From assembly GCA_963815615.1 (NCBI GenBank), contig CAWFHF010000003.1:6647-70646 (forward strand): a DNA stretch of 64,000 nucleotides, read 5' to 3'. This DNA comes from an uncultured Actinomycetota bacterium (GTDB taxonomy: Bacteria; Actinomycetota; Actinomycetes; Mycobacteriales; SCTD01). This document shows positions 49,945-57,981 of this stretch, piece after piece. A model generated the notes under the pieces. It had not been told where the DNA came from, did not search any database, and worked only from the letters and a program-made list of their open reading frames with translations. The translations under genes were made by a program, and so were the position numbers. Positions within the stretch are counted from its first letter, which is position 1; every line of letters starts with the position of its first letter.

Positions 49945-51405
49945 TCAGGCGTCCAGGACGTCGTCGCCGAGGTAGAGGAACCCGCTCGCCTCGTCGCGGA
50001 ACGGGATGCCCGCCGCGGTGAGCGCGGCGTCCCAGTCGCCCCGGCAGGACGGGTCGCTGCCCTGCATGCCGTGGTCGGCGGTGAGCAGCACGACGACGTC
50101 GTCGGTCAGTCCGCGCTCCTCGAGCAGGTCGAGGAAGACGCCGAGCCGCCGGTCGGCGTCGCGCAGGGACGCCCGCGCCATCGCCGAGCCCGGGCCACCG
50201 GCGTGGTGGGCGCCGTCGGTGAGGGTGGTGTTCCACCAGGTCAGGCGCGGCGGCTCGCCCTCGCGCCACAGGCCCAGCACCTGCTCCAGCCCGACGGCGT
50301 CGATCTGCGTGCCCCAGGAGTAGTCCTCCTGCAGGGTGTGCGCCGGGTCGGCGTGCGGGTCGTCGACGGCGGCCGGCAGCGACGACAGCAGCGAGCCGGT
50401 GCCACCGCCGTGCGCGTCGCGGATCAGCGCGAAGGTCGAGTAGCCGGCGCCGGTGTCGCACGGCTCGTTCACGCACGCCGACGTCGCCCCCTCCGGCAGC
50501 CGCTGCCACACGGTGCGGACGTCCGGGCGCAGGTGCTCCATCGCGCTGTGCCAGGTGGTGTGCGAGTTCGGCACGACCTGCGTGCGCGCCACCCGGTCGT
50601 AGTAGGCGTTGTTGACGATGCCGTGGACGCCGGGGCCCACCCCCGTCAGCGCGCACGTGTGGTTGACCAGCGTGACGCTCGGGAACTCCGCGACCGCCCC
50701 GCCGCGGAACGCGCAGCCGCGGGCCAGCAGGCGGCTGATCGCCGGCAGCTCGCCCGCCGCCTCCAGCGCCAGCAGCTCGCCCGACGGCGCCCCGTCCCAC
50801 AGCAGCCCGACGACGTGCTTCGCGCCCGGCTGCACCTCCGCCAGCGGCGTGCCCTGCATCCCGCCCGTGTCGCCGCCGGACAGGGCCGCCAGCGTCGCGC
50901 CGACGTCGACCGTCCGGCACCACCGCTCGACGACGCCGCGCGGCTGCACCCCCGGGCCCGACAGCAGCAGCGGGGCGCGGGACTGCAGCCCGTTCAGGGA
51001 GCCGTGCTCGCCGACGTGGCCGCCCTGGTCGCGGAAGTCGTGCGCGCCGGCGTGGACCACGGCCAGGTCGGGGGCGCGCCCGAGGCCGCCGTCGTCGAAC
51101 AGCCCCCACAGGCGGACGCCGGCGAGCGGGTAGCAGGTGTCGGCGTCGCTGTAGGGGTCCTGGTCGGCGACCGGGTCCCGCCCCTGCAGCACCGTGGTCG
51201 TGCCGTCGCGGTCCAGCGCGGAGCGGCCGCCGGCGTCGGCGACGACCACCTGCTCGCCGTCGCGCCAGGCGACCAGGGCGACGACGTGGGCCAGGTCGGG
51301 GGCGAGCAGCACGTCCAGGGCCCGCTCCCGCAGGTCGGGGTCGACGGCGGCGCCGGGCGCGGCGGGGCTGGTGACGGGGGCGAGGTCGCGGTCGCGCAGG
51401 GGCAC
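49945..51405 (-). CDS. alkaline phosphatase superfamily (nucleotide pyrophosphatase/phosphodiesterase-like) enzyme, circularly permuted motif order
   Basis: Contains LLWDG, FPSVTLVNH, DGAHH, TADHG and GEHGSL metal/nucleophile motifs; intact single ORF. Confidence 0.85.
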   Translation of the reverse strand: MPLRDRDLAPVTSPAAPGAAVDPDLRERALDVLLAPDLAHVVALVAWRDGEQVVVADAGGRSALDRDGTTTVLQGRDPVADQDPYSDADTCYPLAGVRLWGLFDDGGLGRAPDLAVVHAGAHDFRDQGGHVGEHGSLNGLQSRAPLLLSGPGVQPRGVVERWCRTVDVGATLAALSGGDTGGMQGTPLAEVQPGAKHVVGLLWDGAPSGELLALEAAGELPAISRLLARGCAFRGGAVAEFPSVTLVNHTCALTGVGPGVHGIVNNAYYDRVARTQVVPNSHTTWHSAMEHLRPDVRTVWQRLPEGATSACVNEPCDTGAGYSTFALIRDAHGGGTGSLLSSLPAAVDDPHADPAHTLQEDYSWGTQIDAVGLEQVLGLWREGEPPRLTWWNTTLTDGAHHAGGPGSAMARASLRDADRRLGVFLDLLEERGLTDDVVVLLTADHGMQGSDPSCRGDWDAALTAAGIPFRDEASGFLYLGDDVLDA

Positions 51406-51501
51406 GGGCCGAGCCTAGGTCGGGGGTGGGGCGCGGGCTCGGGGTGGCGCCCGGCGGGTCCAGGTCGACGAGACAGGGCGACGGATCAGGGCGACGGAAC
51501 A

Positions 51502-51535
51502 GGGCCGGACCGGTGCGGCTGCACCGGTCCGGCCC
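51502..51535 (-). terminator. terminator of the whiB7 transcript
   Basis: Perfect 15-bp stem GGGCCGGACCGGTGC/GCACCGGTCCGGCCC with a 4-nt loop, followed by TGTT on the minus strand. Confidence 0.7.
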
Positions 51536-51568
51536 CTCGGCGGAGCGGTCCGTCGGACCGCGGGCCGG

Positions 51569-51736
51569 CTAGCGGACCGCGGCGCGGGCGGCGCGGGCGC
51601 GCCGTCCGGCGGCGGCCGCCCGGCGCTCCCACCGCCGGGCGAGCAGGACGCGCGCGGCACGTCCGTCCGCCGCGGCCTCCTGTTGTCGTTCCCGCACGAG
51701 GCTGCGTGCGAGGTCTTCGGCGAGGACGAGCTGCAT
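51569..51736 (-). CDS. small Arg/Ala-rich hypothetical protein (55 aa) downstream of whiB7
   Basis: AGGAG RBS before the ATG; MQLVLAEDLARSLVRERQQEA...RRWERRA. Confidence 0.7.
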   Translation of the reverse strand: MQLVLAEDLARSLVRERQQEAAADGRAARVLLARRWERRAAAAGRRARAARAAVR

Positions 51737-51843
51737 GGTGGATCTCCTGATCAGGTAGCGGGTGAGGGTGGTGCGGGTCGTGCTGCTGCTGTGCGTGCTC
51801 CGGCGGGGGCTGCCGGCGGGGCCGGTCCCGCCGGTCCCGCCGC

Positions 51844-52179
51844 TCATGCGGCGTCCCAGCGCGGGGCGTCCTTGCGGGGCCGGCCGCGCGGCCGCTTGCG
51901 CGGCACGACGACGCCGCTGACGAGCAGCTGCCCGCCCCACACGCCCCACGGCTCCCGGCGCTCGAGCGCGCCGGCCAGGCACGCCTCCCGCAGGGGGCAG
52001 GGGACGCAGAGGGCCTTGGCGGCCTCGACGTCGGACGGGGACTCGGCGAACCACAGGTCGGGCTCGGCGGTCCAGCAGGGCAGCAGCGCCTGGTCGACCG
52101 GGTCGCCGGTCGGGTCCGGGGTCTGCTCGTGGTCGGGTGCGAGCAGCAGCTCGCGGGTCTCCGGGACGAGTGCGGTCAC
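51844..52179 (-). CDS. whiB7: WhiB7/WblC transcriptional activator
   Basis: Four Cys (PC...CVPC...AC), DLWFAE, EPWGVWGG, C-terminal AT-hook KRPRGRPRK; AAGGAGG RBS; downstream of uvrD2. Confidence 0.93.
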   Translation of the reverse strand: MTALVPETRELLLAPDHEQTPDPTGDPVDQALLPCWTAEPDLWFAESPSDVEAAKALCVPCPLREACLAGALERREPWGVWGGQLLVSGVVVPRKRPRGRPRKDAPRWDAA

Positions 52180-52434
52180 CGGGTCACCTCCTTCGGGGGA
52201 GCGGTCGGAACGGGGTGCGGACGGGCTGCCGGGTCGGCAGCGCGGGGGCGGTGCGGGTGCTGCGGGTGGTGCTGCTGGTGCGGTCGGTCGTGCCGGCGGG
52301 GCTGCCGGCGGGGCTGCCGGCGTGGGCGGTCGGGCGGGGCGGGTGGGCGGTCACGGGCGGCTCCGGGGCGGGAGGGGCGGTCTGGGGGTCCAGGGGTCGG
52401 GGTCGAGAGGCCGGGAGGGCTCTCCCGGGGCCGG

Positions 52435-52481
52435 AAAAGCAGCGAGGCCGCGGATCCCGGTGTTCGGGTTCCGCGGCCTCG
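52435..52481 (-). terminator. whiB7 leader intrinsic terminator (attenuator)
   Basis: CGAGGCCGCGGA-ACCCG-AACAC-CGGG-ATCCGCGGCCTCG followed by CTGCTTTT. Confidence 0.8.
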
Positions 52482-52500
52482 AGGCGCTGGTCTGGGTGAG

Positions 52501-52854
52501 CTAGACCGGTGTGCCTCGAGGAGGGGGACCCTGGACGTGCGTGCGGTTCTTGGCGGCGCCGGCGAAGGCGGCGGTGCGGAAGGCGGCGGCGTCCGACACG
52601 AGGGCGGCGGCGTCGACGGCGTCCGGCATGCGGACAGACGTCTCCTGCGACACCGGGGCGTCGACCGCGATGACGAGGGCGGCCGGGGCGGCGGTGGCGG
52701 CGGGCAGCAGGACGGCGTCGTAGGCGGTGCCGAGGACGGCGTCGCGAGCGGTGCCGAGGACGGTGCCGGGGACGCAGCCGAGGACGGCCGGGCCGGCGGT
52801 CGGCGCGGCGACGCCGGTGGCGGTCCGGGTGTCGAGCGTCAGGGTGCTGTTCAC
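52501..52854 (-). CDS. whiB7 leader uORF (117 aa)
   Basis: Strong SD GAGGAGGTGG before the GTG; Ala/Thr/Val-rich; ends immediately before the leader terminator. Confidence 0.75.
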   Translation of the reverse strand: MNSTLTLDTRTATGVAAPTAGPAVLGCVPGTVLGTARDAVLGTAYDAVLLPAATAAPAALVIAVDAPVSQETSVRMPDAVDAAALVSDAAAFRTAAFAGAAKNRTHVQGPPPRGTPV

Positions 52855-52906
52855 GGGTCCACCTCCTCGTCGCGTGCGTCGGCCTGCTGCCGTGCGCGTG
52901 GAGCGG

Positions 52907-52945
52907 AGGCTAGGGGCGGGTGCCCCGAGGGGGCAAGGCATTTAT
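52907..52945 (-). promoter_or_regulatory. WhiB7-dependent (autoregulated) promoter
   Basis: ATAAAT, 3 nt, -35 TTGCCC, 18 nt, -10 TAGCCT; the AT-rich box stands out in very GC-rich DNA. Confidence 0.8.
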
Positions 52946-52953
52946 CGGCAGCG

Positions 52954-53137
52954 TCACCCGTGCACGCCCCGGCGGGCCAGCTCGGCCTCCACCTGCAGGC
53001 GCGAGAGCGGGTCCCAGGGGGTGGGGCCCGGCAGTCGGGGCGTCGACCGCGCGGCAGACCGCGGCGAGGGCGTCGTCGTCGGCGAGGGCGTCGTCGTCGG
53101 CGAGGGCGGCGGCGCGGCGCACCGCGACGCGCTCCAC
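52954..53137 (-). CDS. possible small hypothetical protein (apparent frameshift), containing an 18-bp tandem repeat
   Basis: VERVAVRRAAALADDDALADDDALAAVCRAVDA in one frame and PTPWDPLSRLQVEAELARRGVHG* in another. Confidence 0.3.
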
Positions 53138-53153
53138 CGTGCAGGGCTTCCCG

Positions 53154-55223
53154 CTACCGGGTGACGAGCTCCAGGACGTCGTCGCCGAACTTGTCGAGCT
53201 TGCCCTGGCCGATGCCGGGGATCGTGACCAGCGCGGCGGTGGTCGCCGGCTTCTGCTCGGCGATCGCGGCGAGCGTGGCGTCGGTGAACACGCAGTAGGC
53301 GGGCTGGCCGAGCTCCTTGGCGCGGCCCGCGCGCCACTCGCGCAGGGCCTCGTAGAGGGCGTCGTCGCGGTCGGAGGGGCAGCCCTCGTGGCGGCCGAGC
53401 TTCTTGTCGACGGCCTCGAACAGGGTGCTGCCGCAGATGCGGCACAGCGCCGGGCCCTTGCCCCCGCGGCCGGAGGCGCGGGCGGCGGCCGCGACGGCGC
53501 CGGGCCGCCGCTCGACCCCGCCGAGCATCCCGTCGAGGAAGCGCGAGGGCTTGCGGCTGGCCCGGCCGCCGGGCGAACGCGCCAGGGCCCAGGACAGCGA
53601 GAGGTGCTCGCGCGCCCGGGTGACGCCGACGTAGAGCAGCCGGCGCTCCTCCTCGACCTGGGCCGGGGTGTCGGCGTGGACCAGCGGCAGGGTGCCGTCG
53701 ACGAGGCCGACGAGGAACACGGCGTCCCACTCCAGGCCCTTGGCGGCGTGCAGGGAGGCGAGCGTGACGCCCTCGACGGTCGGGGCGTGCTGGGCCGCCG
53801 CGCGCTCCTCGAGCTCGGCGACGAAGCCGCGCAGGCCCAGGCCGGGCGGCAGGTCGCCGGCGAGCCGGTGCAGCGCGGCGAGCGACTCCCACCGCTCGCG
53901 GGTGGCTCCCGCACCGGGCGGAGGGGCGTCGGGCGACCAGGACAGCCCGCTGCGCAGCACGTCGGCGACGAGGTCGGCCAGCTCGTCCGGGGCGTCGTCG
54001 TCGACGGCCCGTCCGGCGCCGCGCAGCAGCAGGACCGCCTCGCGCACCTCCGGGCGGTCGAAGAAGCGCTCGCCGCCGCGCACCAGGTAGGGGACGCCGG
54101 CGTCGGTCAGGGCGGCCTCGTACGCGGCCGACTGCGCGTTGACGCGGTAGAGCACGGCGATCTCGCTGGGGGCGGTGCCGGCGGCGACCAGCTCGGCGCA
54201 GCGCCGGGCGACCGCGGCCGCCTCCGCGGGCTCGTCGTCGTGCTCGGCGAACACCGGCTCGGGGCCGGGCGGGCGCTGGGCCAGCAGCTCGAGCCGGGCG
54301 TGCTGCACGGCGGCCTTCGCGATGACGGCGTTGGCCAGCCCGACGACCTGCGGGGTGGAGCGGTAGTCGCGGACCAGCCGGACCTCGGTGGCGTGCGGGA
54401 ACCGCCTGCGGAAGCCCAGCAGCAGGTCGGGCGAGGCCCCGCCGAAGGAGTAGATGGTCTGGTGGGCGTCACCGACGACGCACAGGTCGTCGCGGTCGCC
54501 GAGCCACGCCATGAGCAGGCGCTGCTGCAGGGGCGTGACGTCCTGGTACTCGTCGACGACGAAGGAGCGGTAGCGGCTGCGGAACTCCTCGGCGACCACC
54601 GGGGTGTCCTCCAGGATCCCGGCGGTGAGCATGAGCAGGTCGGAGAAGTCCGCGGTGCCCTGCGACTGCTTGAGGTCGCGGTAGGCCGCGTAGACCGAGG
54701 CGACCACGGCGGCGTCGTAGGGGCCCTCGCGCCCGGCGGCGGCCGCGGCGGCGGGGTAGTCCTCGGGGGCGACCAGCGTGCTCGCCGCCCACTCGAGCTC
54801 CGACAGCAGGTCCCGCAGCTCGGTGGTGCCCGGCCGCAGCCTCGCCCGGGCCGCGGCGTTGGCGACCAGCCCGAACGTGTTCGTCACCAGCTGCGGCGGG
54901 GTGCCGCCGACGGCGCGCGGCCAGAAGTAGGCCAGCTGCTTCATCGCCGCGCTGTGGAAGGTGCGCGCCTGCACGCCGCCGGCCCCGAGCGCGCGCAGCC
55001 GGGTGCGCATCTCCCCGGCCGCCCGGGCCGTGTAGGTGACCGCCAGCAGCGCCGTCTCGGGCACCACGCCGGTGCGCACGGCGTAGGCGGCCCGGTGGGT
55101 GATCGTGCGCGTCTTGCCCGTGCCGGCACCCGCCAGCACGACGACGGGGCCGGTGGTGGCCCGCACGGCCTCCTGCTGCTCCGGGTCGAGGGCGTCGAGC
55201 AGGTCGCTCTCGGAGGGGCTCAC
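53154..55223 (-). CDS. uvrD2: ATP-dependent DNA helicase UvrD2 with C-terminal Cys/His motif and HRDC domain
   Basis: AGAGTGKT, VDEYQD, GDAHQTIYSF, YRST, HAAKGLEW, EERRLLYVGVTRA, CRIC...HEGC, HRDC (PAYCVFTDATL). Confidence 0.93.
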   Translation of the reverse strand: MSPSESDLLDALDPEQQEAVRATTGPVVVLAGAGTGKTRTITHRAAYAVRTGVVPETALLAVTYTARAAGEMRTRLRALGAGGVQARTFHSAAMKQLAYFWPRAVGGTPPQLVTNTFGLVANAAARARLRPGTTELRDLLSELEWAASTLVAPEDYPAAAAAAGREGPYDAAVVASVYAAYRDLKQSQGTADFSDLLMLTAGILEDTPVVAEEFRSRYRSFVVDEYQDVTPLQQRLLMAWLGDRDDLCVVGDAHQTIYSFGGASPDLLLGFRRRFPHATEVRLVRDYRSTPQVVGLANAVIAKAAVQHARLELLAQRPPGPEPVFAEHDDEPAEAAAVARRCAELVAAGTAPSEIAVLYRVNAQSAAYEAALTDAGVPYLVRGGERFFDRPEVREAVLLLRGAGRAVDDDAPDELADLVADVLRSGLSWSPDAPPPGAGATRERWESLAALHRLAGDLPPGLGLRGFVAELEERAAAQHAPTVEGVTLASLHAAKGLEWDAVFLVGLVDGTLPLVHADTPAQVEEERRLLYVGVTRAREHLSLSWALARSPGGRASRKPSRFLDGMLGGVERRPGAVAAAARASGRGGKGPALCRICGSTLFEAVDKKLGRHEGCPSDRDDALYEALREWRAGRAKELGQPAYCVFTDATLAAIAEQKPATTAALVTIPGIGQGKLDKFGDDVLELVTR

Positions 55224-55252
55224 CCGGCCAGTCTGCCTGCCCGCACCGACAG

Positions 55253-55280
55253 GGAAGCGCCGGGCGGACCCGCTTGTTGA
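55253..55280 (+). promoter_or_regulatory. SigR/SigH-type ECF promoter for mycoredoxin (probably leaderless)
   Basis: GGAAG-N18-GTTGA, ending 7 nt before the ATG at 55288. Confidence 0.7.
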
Positions 55281-55287
55281 CGGCGGC

Positions 55288-55542
55288 ATGACGCAGACCG
55301 CACCCGAGCAGATGACCATCTACAGCACCCCCTGGTGCGGGTACTGCCACCGGCTGATGAAGCAGCTCGACCGCGAGGGCGTGCCCTACGCGACCATCGA
55401 CATCGAGCAGGACCCGGCGTCGGCCGACTTCGTCATGAGCGTCAACGGCGGCAACCAGACGGTGCCCACCGTCGTCTTCCCCGACGGCAGCGCGCTCACC
55501 AACCCGAGCCTCGCGCAGGTCAAGGACAAGCTCGGCGTCTAG
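55288..55542 (+). CDS. mrx1: mycoredoxin (glutaredoxin-like)
   Basis: YSTPWCGYC, NGGNQTVPTV, LTNPS; divergent from uvrD2. Confidence 0.9.
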   Translation: MTQTAPEQMTIYSTPWCGYCHRLMKQLDREGVPYATIDIEQDPASADFVMSVNGGNQTVPTVVFPDGSALTNPSLAQVKDKLGV

Positions 55543-55587
55543 GTCCGGGCCCGCCCGATCGTGACACCGGGCGCGAGGCGGGCAACA

Positions 55588-56520
55588 ATGGACGGTCAGC
55601 ACGCCCCGGACCCCGGCGCCGTTCCACTCCAGGAAGAGTCCCCCTTGCCCTCCCCTGAGCCCGGCCCCGCCGCGGACCTGTCGGCCGCGAGCCTGAGCCA
55701 CCCGGCCATCGAGGCGGTGCTCTCCACGGCCGCCAGCCTCGTCGGGATGGAGGTGGTCTTCCTCGGAGGCGTCACCGAGGACACCTTCACCTTCGAGAAG
55801 GTGCACGCCACCGGCACCTGGCCCGGCGTCGAGGAGGGCCGGCGCGGCGAGCGCAGCGACTCCTTCTGCCACCGGCTGCTCGCCGGCGCGCCCGCCGCCA
55901 CGTCCGACGCCGCCAACGACCCCGCCTACGCCGACGCCCCCATCCGGGCCGAGCTCGGCATCGCCTCCTACGTCGGGGTCCCGGTGCGCGGCAGCGACGG
56001 CCGGGTGCTGGCGACCCTGTGCGGGATCGACCGCGAGCACGTCGAGGTCGCCGAGGAGACCATCGAGGTGCTGCGCCACCTCGCCTCCGTCATCGCCACC
56101 CACCTCGGGCCGCTGCTCGAGGAGGGCGTCGTCATCCGGCGCAGCGCCGAGGGCGCGTGGGAGGTCGGCGGCGAGACCACCGGCGACCTCACCAGCGCGA
56201 TGGTGCTGGCCGACCTGCTGGCCGCCGAGATCGCGCCCGGGGGCCGCCCCGCCCGCTCCGACGAGCCGCTCGACGAGACCGGCCGGCTGCGGCTGTCGGT
56301 CAAGCAGCTCGAGCACGCCCTCGCGGCCCGCGTCGTCGTCGAGCAGGCGATCGGGGTGCTCACCGAGCGCCAGCGGTCGACGCCGCGCGACGCCTTCGAG
56401 CGGCTGCGCAAGGTCGCCCGCTCCCGCGGCCGCAAGGTGCACGACCTGGCCCGCGAGGTGGTCGCCTCGGCGACCGAGCCCGGCGTCCCGCTGCCGCCCG
56501 AGCTGGCCGGACGCCGCTGA
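55588..56520 (+). CDS. GAF and ANTAR domain protein
   Basis: GAF: SFCHRL, IASYVGVPV..DGRVLATLCGID; ANTAR: LEHALAARVVVEQAIGVL...AFERLRKVARSRGRKVHDLA. Confidence 0.88.
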   Translation: MDGQHAPDPGAVPLQEESPLPSPEPGPAADLSAASLSHPAIEAVLSTAASLVGMEVVFLGGVTEDTFTFEKVHATGTWPGVEEGRRGERSDSFCHRLLAGAPAATSDAANDPAYADAPIRAELGIASYVGVPVRGSDGRVLATLCGIDREHVEVAEETIEVLRHLASVIATHLGPLLEEGVVIRRSAEGAWEVGGETTGDLTSAMVLADLLAAEIAPGGRPARSDEPLDETGRLRLSVKQLEHALAARVVVEQAIGVLTERQRSTPRDAFERLRKVARSRGRKVHDLAREVVASATEPGVPLPPELAGRR

Positions 56521-57122
56521 GCGGCCTGCTCCCCCGCACGCCCGCGACGCTCGCCGACGACCTCGCCGAGCGCGCCCTGCGGCTGCCCGACCGGGCCCGC
56601 GTGCTCGTCGACGGCGTCGGGGCGCGGGCGGTCGCCGACCTGCTGGCCGACCGGCTGGTCGCGGGCGGCCGGGTGCCCGTCCGGGTGTCGGCCGGCGACT
56701 TCCTGCGCCCGGCCGGGGAGCGCCTCGAGCACGGCCGCGAGGACGCCCAGGACTTCCGCGAGCGCTGGCTCGACGCCGGCGCCCTGCGGCGCGAGGTGGT
56801 GGAGTCCGGCGACCACTACCTGCCGGCGCTGTGGGACGCCGCGCGCGACAGGAGCGCCCGCGCGGCGGTCCAGCCCCTGCCGCAGCGGGCCGTCGTCGTC
56901 GTGGACGGGCTCTTCCTGCTCGACCACGCCCTGCCTGCCGCGCTGGTCGTGCACGTCGCGCTGTCGCCGGCGGCGCTGCGCCGGCGCGGCCGTCCCGGCT
57001 GGCAGCTCGAGGCGTTCGCCGCCTACGACGACGAGGTCCGCCCGGGCGAGGTGTGCGACGTGCTGGTCCGGGCCGAGGACCCCGCCCGTCCCGCGGTCCT
57101 GTTCCGGGACCGGGCCCGCTAG
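56517..57122 (+). CDS. uridine kinase-like P-loop-fold protein (start uncertain)
   Basis: VLVDG, DFLRPA..RLEHGRED, WLDAGALRREV, LWDAARDRSAR, VVDGLFLL, VRAEDPARPA. Confidence 0.7.
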   Translation: MSGLLPRTPATLADDLAERALRLPDRARVLVDGVGARAVADLLADRLVAGGRVPVRVSAGDFLRPAGERLEHGREDAQDFRERWLDAGALRREVVESGDHYLPALWDAARDRSARAAVQPLPQRAVVVVDGLFLLDHALPAALVVHVALSPAALRRRGRPGWQLEAFAAYDDEVRPGEVCDVLVRAEDPARPAVLFRDRAR

Positions 57123-57941
57123 GCGGCGCGGCTGGAGTGCCGGTGGAACGCGGCCTCCAGGAACGACCACACCGCGTACGCCAGCATCCCGACGACGGCG
57201 ACCCCGAGCAGGACGCTGCCGTAGGGCTTGCCGGCGAGCTCGCGCAGGGCGGCGTCCAGTCCCCGGGCCTCGTCCGGGTCGGCCTGCAGCGCCGCCTGGA
57301 CGAGGAACGCGCCGACCAGGGCGAGCACCAGGGCGCGGCCCAGGTAGCCGGCGCTCCCGATGCGGACGACGGTGCGGCCCTGCCCCCCGGGCACCTTCCC
57401 GGTCTCGATCTTCTCGTCGTGCTCCCCCTTGAGCGCCCGCGCCGCGAGCACCACGCCGGCCCCCACGACGACGACGCCGACGAGCCCGACCAGCCAGCGC
57501 CCGCCCGGCTGCTGCATGACCCGTGCGGTCAGGGAGTCGGCGGGGTCGCCGCCCGAGGTCTGCTGGCCGGCCGCGAGGAAGCGCACGACCGAGCCGGCGA
57601 GCGCGAGGTAGAGCAGCGCCTTGCCGGCCGCCTCGACCCGCTTGGTGCGCTCCGCGTCGCCGACGGCGGCGTTGAGGGCCTGCCAGACCGCGTAGCCCAG
57701 GAAGCCCACGACCAGGACGACGAGCAGCACCTCGCCCAGCGGCTCGTCGGCGATCGCGCGCAGCGCCCCCTGCTGGTCGGCCCGGCCGCCGCCGCCGCGC
57801 AGCACCGACAGGGCCAGCAGCGACACCGACCAGCCAGACCAGCCCGCGGCTGGCGAGGCCGACCCGGGCCAGCCCGTCGACGGCACCGCTGCCGTGGACC
57901 TGCTTCGCGGTGCTGCTCGCGCGGTGCTCGGGGGCTCCCAT
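57119..57941 (-). CDS. DUF1206-like membrane protein (apparent frameshift ~57825)
   Basis: Three repeated units: LARVGLASRGLVW, GALRAIADEPLG, QPGGRWLVG, GYLGRALV, GLDAALRELAGKPYG. Confidence 0.82.
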
Positions 57942-57981
57942 GCCTGCGTCCTGTCCGGCGCGGGAGCCCCCCAACCGGCTG

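Noticed and set aside
36830-51405. Integrative element or prophage at tRNA-Gly
   Set aside because: No integrase, transposase or phage genes, no distal att copy that I could find, and no evident composition shift.
52292-52321. GCCGGC-AGCCCC repeats as an ANTAR dual-hairpin target for the nearby GAF-ANTAR protein
   Set aside because: The six-nt loops lack the G at position 4 expected in ANTAR hexaloops, and the three palindromic units cannot form two hairpins at once.
53063-53110. 18-bp tandem repeat (GGCGAGGGCGTCGTCGTC x2.5) as a CRISPR-like array
   Set aside because: No spacers and no cas genes; it is an in-frame coding-type duplication (ALADDD).
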